The position numbers and the translations under genes are program-made. The notes beneath the pieces are model-generated. The model ran no database searches, was not told the DNA's origin, and saw only the letters and a program-made list of their open reading frames with translations. This document shows, one piece after another, positions 56,394 to 63,484 of a stretch of DNA of 64,000 nt. The stretch comes from a virus (Duplodnaviria > Caudoviricetes), in IMG/VR virus record IMGVR_UViG_3300035199_000798, positions 1,222 through 65,221 of that record; one strand, 5' to 3'. Position 1 is the stretch's first letter. Every line of letters starts with the position of its first letter.

Positions 56394-57578
56394 ATGGAAA
56401 ATCAAGATAAGAAAGAATTGGCCTTTGACTTGAACCTACACGTTGCGCGGCTCCTTCAATCGGAGCCGTTCTTCGCTAGCATCTCCCGCCGGGTCAACAA
56501 GATGCCGTCGACGCAACTACCCACGGCAGGTGTGCGCGTCAACCCCCATACAAGCCGGTTTGAACTCTTGTACAATCCAGACTTCTTTGCTAAGTTGACG
56601 GACCTGGAGCGGACAGATGTGCTCAAGCATGAGTTTTATCATCTGATCTTTGAACATGTGACAAGTCGGAAACCTGCGGACATCAAAGATCGCGTATGGA
56701 ATTTCGCTGCGGATCTAGCCATCAACTCTCACTTGGATCATCTACCTTCAGGAAGTTTGAAGCCCGGTGTCGGACCCTTCGAGGATTTTCCTTCGGGCCT
56801 GGCTGCTGAAGCATACCTCAAGCGGCTAGAGAAGATGAAAGAAGAAAGTTCTGGTAACGGGGACGGCGACGGACTGCCCGAAGAAGGGCAATTTGACGAT
56901 CATGGGGAGTGGGGCAGCGGAGGCGAGGCCGACGAGATTGCTCGCGAGCGACTGAAGGATTACATCAAGAAAGCTTCGGAGGAAGCTTCCAGTAGTTCCA
57001 GCGGCTGGGGCACCGTCCCATATGATGTGCGCCAAGAGATTCTAGCTAAGATTAAGTCTACCCTGGACTGGAAGAAGGTGCTACGCTATTTTGTGAAGAC
57101 TAGCACCCGCGCCAACAAGACCACCACTGTCAAGCGGGTTAACAAACGCTACCGGTACATCCATCCCGGCAGCAAGATCAAACGCCTTGCTCGCATCGCG
57201 ATCAGCGTAGACCAATCAGGCTCGGTAGATGATACAATGCTCGAAGCCTTTTTCGGCGAATTGAACAAGCTCGCTAAGCTTGCCACGTTTACCGTTGTAC
57301 CTTTTGATACCCGCGTCGAGGCCTCTTTGGTTTACGAGTGGAAAAAAGGCCAACGGCACAAAACTGAGCGTGTGATGTCCGGTGGTACCGATTTCAATGC
57401 TCCCACCGATTACGTCAACAAGCGTGACTTTGACGGGCATATCATTCTGACCGACTTGATGGCTCCGAAGCCAAAGGCGAGCAAATGCCAGCGAATGTGG
57501 ATGACCACTAAGCGCTACGCTTCGCGCCCTTACTTCCAAACCAATGAACGCATTGTTGCTATCGAGGATGGACGATAA
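56394..57578 (+). CDS. DUF2201-type metallopeptidase-vWA protein (MoxR partner)
   Basis: HEFYH, WNFAADLAIN, DQSGS, GGTDF, LTD; ATG lies 6 nt after TATAAT (leaderless). Confidence 0.85.
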   Translation: MENQDKKELAFDLNLHVARLLQSEPFFASISRRVNKMPSTQLPTAGVRVNPHTSRFELLYNPDFFAKLTDLERTDVLKHEFYHLIFEHVTSRKPADIKDRVWNFAADLAINSHLDHLPSGSLKPGVGPFEDFPSGLAAEAYLKRLEKMKEESSGNGDGDGLPEEGQFDDHGEWGSGGEADEIARERLKDYIKKASEEASSSSSGWGTVPYDVRQEILAKIKSTLDWKKVLRYFVKTSTRANKTTTVKRVNKRYRYIHPGSKIKRLARIAISVDQSGSVDDTMLEAFFGELNKLAKLATFTVVPFDTRVEASLVYEWKKGQRHKTERVMSGGTDFNAPTDYVNKRDFDGHIILTDLMAPKPKASKCQRMWMTTKRYASRPYFQTNERIVAIEDGR

Positions 57579-57583
57579 AAGAT

Positions 57584-57667
57584 GCCACGGTGGTGGAATT
57601 GGTAGACACAACGGACTTAAAATCCGTTGTCCGTACGGACGTGCGGGTTCGATTCCCGCCCGTGGCA
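57584..57667 (+). tRNA. tRNA-Leu(TAA)
   Basis: GCCACGG/CCGTGGC acceptor stem, ACGGA-CTTAAAA-TCCGT anticodon arm, long variable arm, GCGGG-TTCGATT-CCCGC T arm. Confidence 0.95.
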
Positions 57668-57679
57668 CCGAGGAGAAAC

Positions 57680-57754
57680 TTGTACGAGTTTGTACTGTGT
57701 GTTTTGTTTAGTTTAATGGTGTTCTTGGCTTATAAGGCCTTGGAGCGCCCATAA
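57680..57754 (+). CDS. 24-aa membrane peptide
   Basis: GAGGAG RBS, TTG start, hydrophobic. Confidence 0.4.
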   Translation: MYEFVLCVLFSLMVFLAYKALERP

Positions 57755-57771
57755 TAAAGGAGATTGATTTT

Positions 57772-57912
57772 ATGACTATTTTTATGATTGTGACGGGAGT
57801 CCTTGCCGTAGCCATGTTGAGCTACAATATGATTCGGAACGAGATGCGCCTCCAGCGCACCGAAAAGCAACTTCAAGAGGCTCAAGACAGATATACCAAT
57901 TCAAAAGGCTAA
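57772..57912 (+). CDS. 46-aa membrane-anchored peptide
   Basis: AAGGAG RBS; MTIFMIVTGVLAVAML. Confidence 0.55.
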   Translation: MTIFMIVTGVLAVAMLSYNMIRNEMRLQRTEKQLQEAQDRYTNSKG

Positions 57913-57975
57913 TTTGTTCTTGACTTTTGTGTAAATTTGTGAGATACTAAGAAGCAGTAAGAAAGGAAAACTCAG

Positions 57976-58299
57976 ATGGAACCTTTAGTCGTTAGTGTCC
58001 CCCCTTCAATCGTGCCAATGCCTTGGAAAAACAAGACATATGCGGTGAGCGGAGGCACGTGGCTAGAGGTTCCTGATGGTACCACCCTTGCCACGCTGCC
58101 ACCCTATATGGTCTTTAAGGGGTATGAAATCCCCGAGGAATCTTCCCCTAAGCATTGGACCGTGGAGGGTTCTAAGGGCAAAGTCTACGTCGTGAAAGTG
58201 TCGAATGAGGGAGCTTGGAGTTGTACATGTCCGGGCTATAGCTTCCGTCGACGATGCAAGCACGTTGAGAGCATGCGCCTGGACTATAAGGTTGCCTAG
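57976..58299 (+). CDS. SWIM zinc-finger protein
   Basis: GSKGKVYVV..WSCTCPG..FRRRCKH. Confidence 0.8.
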   Translation: MEPLVVSVPPSIVPMPWKNKTYAVSGGTWLEVPDGTTLATLPPYMVFKGYEIPEESSPKHWTVEGSKGKVYVVKVSNEGAWSCTCPGYSFRRRCKHVESMRLDYKVA

Positions 58300-58332
58300 C
58301 GATGCATGCGATAAAGAGGGAAGCGACGTAAA

Positions 58333-58449
58333 ATGAAAAAGACTCTTATCGTAGTGGCAATCTTCCTAGCGGGACACTATTTTGGTGACGTGGCTATTGA
58401 TGCTGCCCAAACTTGTTATGAAATTGTTCGTGCTGAACTGGGTCAGTGA
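58333..58449 (+). CDS. 38-aa membrane peptide
   Basis: MKKTLIVVAIFLAG. Confidence 0.45.
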   Translation: MKKTLIVVAIFLAGHYFGDVAIDAAQTCYEIVRAELGQ

Positions 58450-58465
58450 AAGTTGGAGGTTATAA

Positions 58466-58609
58466 ATGTTTGAAATGATTGGAATGATTGTGCTGTGGTT
58501 GGCTGTACTCGGAGTGGTGTGTCTTTGGACCGACTACCGTCGCGAACGCCTACAGAAAATAATAGACAAGAGAGAGAAAAAAGTTATTGACAAAGAAGAG
58601 GATATGTGA
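58466..58609 (+). CDS. 47-aa membrane peptide
   Basis: GGAGG RBS; N-terminal TM then a charged tail. Confidence 0.55.
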   Translation: MFEMIGMIVLWLAVLGVVCLWTDYRRERLQKIIDKREKKVIDKEEDM

Positions 58610-58647
58610 GATAATATGGGTGTAAAGTAAAAAAAGGAACAACACCC

Positions 58648-58830
58648 ATGACACCAGGAACTCTCGTAAGAACCAAACGACCCCGGCTCGGCGTACCACG
58701 TGGAACCTACGGCTTGATCGTTAGGTCGGCCAAAACCGACAGCAACGCTATCATCCACGAACTTCAACTGATAGGCGACGACCTACGCAAGATTCTACGG
58801 ATGGAACGCGACTTGGAGATTGTACAATGA
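58648..58830 (+). CDS. Array microprotein 1 (MTPGTLV...LEIVQ)
   Basis: First gene after the promoter at 58587. Confidence 0.7.
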   Translation: MTPGTLVRTKRPRLGVPRGTYGLIVRSAKTDSNAIIHELQLIGDDLRKILRMERDLEIVQ

Positions 58831-59012
58831 AAGTAGGTGATTTGGTCAGCTTAGACGCGGGGCGCGACATTACACTAACGGGTATCGTCTTGAAGATCGA
58901 CAAGAGTCGCAAAGTGGGCAAGCATGCCTTCCCCTGTTTTGTTGCGTGGAGCACTGGCGAGGCGGATTGGATGCGGGAAGAGTTCTTGGAGATTATAAAT
59001 GCAAGTGGGTGA
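58827..59012 (+). CDS. Array microprotein 2 (MKVGDLV...LEIINASG)
   Basis: Conserved termini; overlap coupling. Confidence 0.75.
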   Translation: MKVGDLVSLDAGRDITLTGIVLKIDKSRKVGKHAFPCFVAWSTGEADWMREEFLEIINASG

Positions 59013-59163
59013 CTTGGTAAGGTTCCCCAACAATGGCATGGTTGGCCTCGTTGTAAAGGTGGCGATGATCGATCAACAACGGTGGTACAATATAGCCTGG
59101 GCAGACGGCCACACCGGAAATCGTTTGGCTAAAGAGTTGGAGGTCGTTAATGAAAGTCGGTGA
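58999..59163 (+). CDS. Array microprotein 3 (MQVGDLV...LEVVNESR)
   Basis: 54 aa, translated by hand; absent from the ORF track. Confidence 0.75.
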   Translation: MQVGDLVRFPNNGMVGLVVKVAMIDQQRWYNIAWADGHTGNRLAKELEVVNESR

Positions 59164-59365
59164 CTTAGTGAAATTTGTCGAGCCCACTCATCGCGGCACC
59201 GAAGACTATGTTGTTCGCGAGGATACGTCGGGAATCGTTCTGGGCTTTCACGAGACGAAAGGGAGAGTCAAGGTGCGCTGGTTTACGATGGGGGCAACTC
59301 CGACTCCTGTTAACATCGGCTATTGGCCGTGGGGAAGCTTGAAGGTATACAGTGCAGCGCAATGA
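59150..59365 (+). CDS. Array microprotein 4 (MKVGDLV...LKVYSAAQ)
   Basis: Conserved termini. Confidence 0.75.
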   Translation: MKVGDLVKFVEPTHRGTEDYVVREDTSGIVLGFHETKGRVKVRWFTMGATPTPVNIGYWPWGSLKVYSAAQ

Positions 59366-59591
59366 ACTTTGGCCCGAAGTGGGCGATTTATTGATTCAGA
59401 AATCCGATGGAAAAAAGCACACAGGCTTGATTACCAAGATAGAGGAACGCCCAGGCCTCGGTCGAAGTGGCGTTTATGTGGAGTGGGCCGCAGCGTGTCC
59501 GTTCGATTACAACTCGATTTATGGTTATTCATGCGTCAACATCCACAACCAAAATCACATTTTCACCTTAGTCAAGGGAGAAAAAGAATAG
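59352..59591 (+). CDS. Array microprotein 5 (EVGDLL...)
   Basis: VGDLL..GLI..VYVEW. Confidence 0.7.
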   Translation: MQRNELWPEVGDLLIQKSDGKKHTGLITKIEERPGLGRSGVYVEWAAACPFDYNSIYGYSCVNIHNQNHIFTLVKGEKE

Positions 59592-59785
59592 TGCGAGTCG
59601 GTGATTTGGTAACGATAAAGCCAGCGAAGCGGGGCGTATATATGATTACGAGTCTCGATGCTCACGATTTACACCACGGGGGAAGACTTCGCAATGCGGT
59701 TACGGTGGTGTGTCTAGACGATTCTACGTCTTCACCAATGCCCATGGGTAAAAAATGGATTGAGGTTATAAATGCAAGTCGGTGA
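59591..59785 (+). CDS. Array microprotein 6 (MRVGDLV...IEVINASR)
   Basis: GTG start at 59591. Confidence 0.7.
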   Translation: MRVGDLVTIKPAKRGVYMITSLDAHDLHHGGRLRNAVTVVCLDDSTSSPMPMGKKWIEVINASR

Positions 59786-59945
59786 TAAACTGGTGGCGGT
59801 TGAAAAAGAAAATGTTACGCAGAGTTACATCCCCTATGGATGCATCTGTGAGTACGTGGCCACCTTTGATCGTTATTTCTGTGTGCTGTACGAGGGGAGA
59901 GAAGTGCTCATCAATAAACAATTGTTAGCACCGGTCGCAGAGTGA
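59772..59945 (+). CDS. Array microprotein 7 (MQVGDKLV...)
   Basis: 57 aa, translated by hand. Confidence 0.7.
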   Translation: MQVGDKLVAVEKENVTQSYIPYGCICEYVATFDRYFCVLYEGREVLINKQLLAPVAE

Positions 59946-60100
59946 AAGTCGGTGACTTGGTAAAGTGTACATTGGAGGAAGCTCCTACGTATGGAATTGT
60001 GGTGCGAACGGGCAAATGGAATCTCGCTGTGATGATTGATAATTATCTTCGTTGGGTGAGTGTCGAATACCTGGAGAAGCTGAACGATGCAAACGATTAA
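59942..60100 (+). CDS. Array microprotein 8 (MKVGDLV...LEKLND)
   Basis: 52 aa, GTG start, translated by hand. Confidence 0.7.
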   Translation: MKVGDLVKCTLEEAPTYGIVVRTGKWNLAVMIDNYLRWVSVEYLEKLNDAND

Positions 60101-60266
60101 GATTGGAGACTTGGTAAGGTTCTGCCAACAACCAGACGCCGCTGTTGGCCTCGTCGTTGAAGTCGATCCACGCTTGAACCGCATCGGAGTGGCCTGGAAC
60201 TTCTTAGACGGGCGAATCGGATGGCAGCACAGGGTTGACGTGGAGGTCATCAGTGCGAGTGGGTGA
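60087..60266 (+). CDS. Array microprotein 9 (IKIGDLV...VEVISASG)
   Basis: 59 aa, translated by hand. Confidence 0.7.
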   Translation: MQTIKIGDLVRFCQQPDAAVGLVVEVDPRLNRIGVAWNFLDGRIGWQHRVDVEVISASG

Positions 60267-60450
60267 TTTGGTCAGATATAAGCACGACACCAGAGAGGTC
60301 GGCGTGATTATTGCCTCGGCTGAGCCAACAAACCAGCTACCCAAACGACACAAGGTATTTTGGTGTGCGTTGCCTGACGATGAACCAGCGGATTATCAGC
60401 ATTCGGATTGGATGCGCGAAGTGGGGTTAGAGGTTATCTCAGCCACGTGA
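60253..60450 (+). CDS. Array microprotein 10 (MRVGDLV...LEVISAT)
   Basis: GTG start after GGAGG. Confidence 0.75.
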   Translation: MRVGDLVRYKHDTREVGVIIASAEPTNQLPKRHKVFWCALPDDEPADYQHSDWMREVGLEVISAT

Positions 60451-60515
60451 ACATTGCTCGAAAATATTTTACGCTTTTTGCTTGACAAACCATCAAATAT
60501 TTGAGATAATATAAG

Positions 60516-60622
60516 AACGTGGGAGACACGGACGAGATAAGGTGTCGAATGGGCACGTTGGTCGTTGCGTAAGCGTTTAGGCTGTGTCTAGCAGGAAGAA
60601 GATGGGAACTTTCTGCGTTTTT
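60516..60622 (+). ncRNA. Candidate small RNA
   Basis: Own promoter (60482-60510), nested stems, terminator GCAGGAAG/CTTTCTGC + T tract; no RBS-led ORF. Confidence 0.45.
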
Positions 60623-60681
60623 ATGTTGACTTTCTATGCGAAATATGAGATAATAGTATAGAAAGAAAAAGGAGCTAGGTT

Positions 60682-60951
60682 GTGACCCAGCAAACAAAGA
60701 CAGTGGAAGTCAGGAGTTACGTTGTGACCGAGCAAATAAACAGAGTCAAAGTCACCAAAACACGGGGCGAAGATGTGAAGCCCGGTCAAGATGTTGTTTT
60801 GGAAGACAAGTATAAATGGCGCGTGCTGCGTAATGAGCGCGGTATTGGTGGCGGAGGCGCGGTACAACTCTATCGCAAAGACGCCGGTCAAATGTGGCGC
60901 GGATACGAACATTGGGACAATTTTAACGTTGTGAAGCGAGGTAATGCATAA
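60682..60951 (+). CDS. Hypothetical early protein
   Basis: AAGGAG RBS after the promoter at 60626. Confidence 0.65.
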   Translation: MTQQTKTVEVRSYVVTEQINRVKVTKTRGEDVKPGQDVVLEDKYKWRVLRNERGIGGGGAVQLYRKDAGQMWRGYEHWDNFNVVKRGNA

Positions 60952-61121
60952 TGATGACGAGAGAAGAAGAATTAAAGTTGCTCGAAGAGTATATTGAGCA
61001 GAATGGAACCACCAAACTCCCTAAAGATACGCGAGGGGCGTCCGACCTCTTATTCAGCGTATGGAAACGCCCTCCACCCAAAAAACGGGGACGCAAGCCC
61101 AAACCTAAGCCAGCGAAGTAA
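60951..61121 (+). CDS. 56-aa protein with a basic AT-hook-like tail
   Basis: GAGG RBS, TAATG coupling; ends PPPKKRGRKPKPKPAK. Confidence 0.6.
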   Translation: MMTREEELKLLEEYIEQNGTTKLPKDTRGASDLLFSVWKRPPPKKRGRKPKPKPAK

Positions 61122-61213
61122 AACCCCGCTCGAAAATATTTTTCACTTTTCCCTTGACATAGACCGCATTCTATGAGATAATATACATAGAAACAATCAA
61201 GAGAGGTTCAAAT

Positions 61214-61417
61214 ATGCCGATGCTTAATTGCCCTAATGATCCAGAACACAAAGAGTTTGTCTTGACCGCAATGGTACCAGAGACTTGGTTCCTCAACGCA
61301 GATGGAGAGTGCGAACACATCGATACCCTCTTCGATGCCCACGTTGAAAGCGATTTGACCGACGCTCGTTGCCGCGAATGCGACGCGCCCGTCGAAATTA
61401 CATCGGAGGACAACTAA
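61214..61417 (+). CDS. Small Zn-binding protein
   Basis: CPND..H...CREC; GAGG RBS. Confidence 0.65.
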   Translation: MPMLNCPNDPEHKEFVLTAMVPETWFLNADGECEHIDTLFDAHVESDLTDARCRECDAPVEITSEDN

Positions 61418-61418
61418 C

Positions 61419-61733
61419 ATGCCAGCCATTCCAAAGACCAAAGCATCTCAAACCGTTTGGGTCGCCAAGTGGGAACACAAACACGGCGAAGATATTTCTA
61501 TCCACACCACCGAAGAAGGCGCTCGAAAGCAGTTGGTTGCGTGGGCTCGCGAAACGCTTGACGAATGGCATATCGACGGCAAACAGTATTCTTCGTTGGA
61601 CGTTTGCGGCGAAGAGCATCCAACCTTCGACGATGACGCTCTCATCGAAGCGTGGCCCGAGTTGACAGGCGAAACCGAATGCCTTTACGTCGAGGACCAT
61701 TTGCTCTACAGCGCAGACGCTTGGGGCCAATAG
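61419..61733 (+). CDS. Hypothetical early protein
   Basis: GGAGG RBS, 104 aa. Confidence 0.65.
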   Translation: MPAIPKTKASQTVWVAKWEHKHGEDISIHTTEEGARKQLVAWARETLDEWHIDGKQYSSLDVCGEEHPTFDDDALIEAWPELTGETECLYVEDHLLYSADAWGQ

Positions 61734-61820
61734 ATGAGCGAATTTACCAAAGATATGGTCAAGGCGGTCGGCACTCTTGCGCTGCTTTACGCTTTCCTTG
61801 TGCTAGCCTGCACACTATAA
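61734..61820 (+). CDS. 28-aa membrane peptide
   Basis: TAG-ATG coupling; hydrophobic C-terminus. Confidence 0.4.
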   Translation: MSEFTKDMVKAVGTLALLYAFLVLACTL

Positions 61821-61899
61821 AAAAACCAAAAAAGTTGTTGACAAACGTTGCTTTCTATGAGATAATACATATAGAAACAAAGCAAGGGAGAAAAATTAT

Positions 61900-62115
61900 A
61901 TGTTGAAGCCAATGCTCGGGAGAGGCGAAACCAAATTCACAAAAGGCGATACCGTCCAGGTTTGGGATTGGGCCGGGTTTCACGTAGATGACCAATTGCC
62001 CCAACACGGCAAAATGGGCGTCATTGTCCGCAAAGTTCGCAAAAACCTGTTTACGGTTGCCATTCCCGGCGACGGTATGGTAGACGTTTGCACCGATTGG
62101 CTACGCAAGTCTTAA
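61900..62115 (+). CDS. SH3/KOW-like microprotein (KGDTV)
   Basis: FTKGDTVQV..GKMGVIV; follows the promoter at 61838. Confidence 0.65.
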   Translation: MLKPMLGRGETKFTKGDTVQVWDWAGFHVDDQLPQHGKMGVIVRKVRKNLFTVAIPGDGMVDVCTDWLRKS

Positions 62116-62126
62116 GGAGGCTTAAA

Positions 62127-62273
62127 GTGAATAGTTTACAAGATATTAAAAATGCTCCCCGATGGGTCTTAATCGCTTACCTCGAAAGTTGGGGTACAGC
62201 TTGCTACGACGACGAATCAACAAGCCTTCTGCGCGAGGCCGCAATCGAAACATTTCAAACGGAAGGGTGCTAG
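62127..62273 (+). CDS. 48-aa hypothetical protein (MNSLQDIKNAP...)
   Basis: AAGGAGG RBS, GTG start. Confidence 0.65.
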   Translation: MNSLQDIKNAPRWVLIAYLESWGTACYDDESTSLLREAAIETFQTEGC

Positions 62274-62274
62274 C

Positions 62275-62655
62275 ATGGGATACCGTTCAGAGGTCGTATT
62301 GGCCGTTAGTAAACAACTTCAACCCCACTTCTTGGCCGCAATTGCTAAGCAACCCGAAGCAATGCGCTTCGTTTTCAGCGAAAACACCGCGCTAGAAAAG
62401 GATTATGACGGCGAAGGCACGCTTGTGGTCGCTTGGGATGACGTCAAGTGGTATGCCCAGTCCGACCCCGTGATTGGCGCAGTTCAAAATTTTGTGGATG
62501 CGTGCGATGGTGTGGAAGAGTTTGAAGGAATCGACGACACTACCGACCATTTCCGCTTCTTGCGCTTGGGCGAGGACGCCAATGACGTTCAAGACTGCGG
62601 CTATCTTTGCACCGACCAGTTGTATTGGACACGCACGATTCACGGCATCAGCTAG
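62275..62655 (+). CDS. Hypothetical phage protein (MGYRSEV family)
   Basis: MGYRSEV...W.DVKWY...FRFLRLGED..D. Confidence 0.7.
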   Translation: MGYRSEVVLAVSKQLQPHFLAAIAKQPEAMRFVFSENTALEKDYDGEGTLVVAWDDVKWYAQSDPVIGAVQNFVDACDGVEEFEGIDDTTDHFRFLRLGEDANDVQDCGYLCTDQLYWTRTIHGIS

Positions 62656-62687
62656 ATTCAACAACATTAATGCTATAGGAGCATACA

Positions 62688-62909
62688 ATGAATAGTTTAC
62701 AAGATATTGAAAACACACCCCCGCAACGACTAAAAGTTGGTGATTTAGTTGTGAGGACATACGGAGAAGGCCAACGCCCGACAGCACTCGTTGTGGGATG
62801 GTATATGCCCAACATTTACAGCAACACCGCAGAAGTGAGGTGGGTAGGCTCAGATAAGGTCACAACGTTCAACGCGGCGCATTTGGAGGTAATCAATGAA
62901 AGCAAATGA
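62688..62909 (+). CDS. MKVGDLV-family microprotein with an MNSLQDI leader
   Basis: LKVGDLV...EVRW...LEVINESK. Confidence 0.7.
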   Translation: MNSLQDIENTPPQRLKVGDLVVRTYGEGQRPTALVVGWYMPNIYSNTAEVRWVGSDKVTTFNAAHLEVINESK

Positions 62910-63396
62910 TTTTTTGATGAAAAAGTGGTGTTTCGGCACGGGGCGCGGCAAAGTTAGCTCCAAGGCCGAGGCGACAATGAACCACAAAGGCGAATTGGAG
63001 ACGTATTTCACTTATCCGAAGTACCGTACGATTGTATTCAAAGTTGAGAAGGCCACCAAGAAAGGCAATCAATGGCACGTCGAGGGCAAACAATATTCTT
63101 CGTTGAACGCGCCCCCGAAAACGACTACGCTTGTCTTGGCCGAGAATAAAGGTCTATACAGTGTGGCAGGCCAGAAGCGGCCATTCCTTCAAATCCAAGA
63201 CCCCGGCATTCTCACCGAAGAAGGCGTTCCACCGGTTGGAAGTCTTATCACCGTGAACAAAAAGCATGCCATTGTAACGGCGGTTGGACGCAACGAGTTG
63301 ACCATCTTTGTCAACAATAAGATTGAAACCATCAAGTTCAAACCAGGCAATATCAAGTGGCATTCGGACAAAATCTTGGCGAGTGCAGTGGCATAA
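62896..63396 (+). CDS. Hypothetical early protein
   Basis: GGAGG RBS supplied by the upstream LEV codons. Confidence 0.7.
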   Translation: MKANDFLMKKWCFGTGRGKVSSKAEATMNHKGELETYFTYPKYRTIVFKVEKATKKGNQWHVEGKQYSSLNAPPKTTTLVLAENKGLYSVAGQKRPFLQIQDPGILTEEGVPPVGSLITVNKKHAIVTAVGRNELTIFVNNKIETIKFKPGNIKWHSDKILASAVA

Positions 63397-63484
63397 AAAG
63401 CAAAAAAGTTGTTGACAAGAGCGCAACCATTTGGTATACTGTATACACAGTCAGAAACAATCCGAGAGTAAGGAAAATAAAACA

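Larger units (their letters stand above)
61564..63109 (+). repeat. 39-nt dispersed direct repeat (61564-61602 and 63071-63109)
   Basis: 34/39 identical by manual alignment. Confidence 0.85.
55221..63440 (+). promoter_or_regulatory. Set of repeated early sigma70-type promoters
   Basis: TTGAC(A/T)-17 nt-(G/T)ATA(A/C)T starting at 55221, 56359, 57920, 58587, 60482, 60626, 61154, 61838 and 63412, with upstream A/T tracts. Confidence 0.8.

Noticed and set aside
55335-56405. Long minus-strand ORFs (356 aa here; also 35852-36664 and 25068-25832)
   Set aside because: Antisense shadows of well-supported plus-strand genes, with no motifs or RBS
58648-60450. CRISPR array, integron or DGR interpretation of the repeated junctions
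   Set aside because: Repeats are degenerate and protein-coding with 150-240 nt spacing; no cas, integrase, attC hairpins or reverse transcriptase in the window
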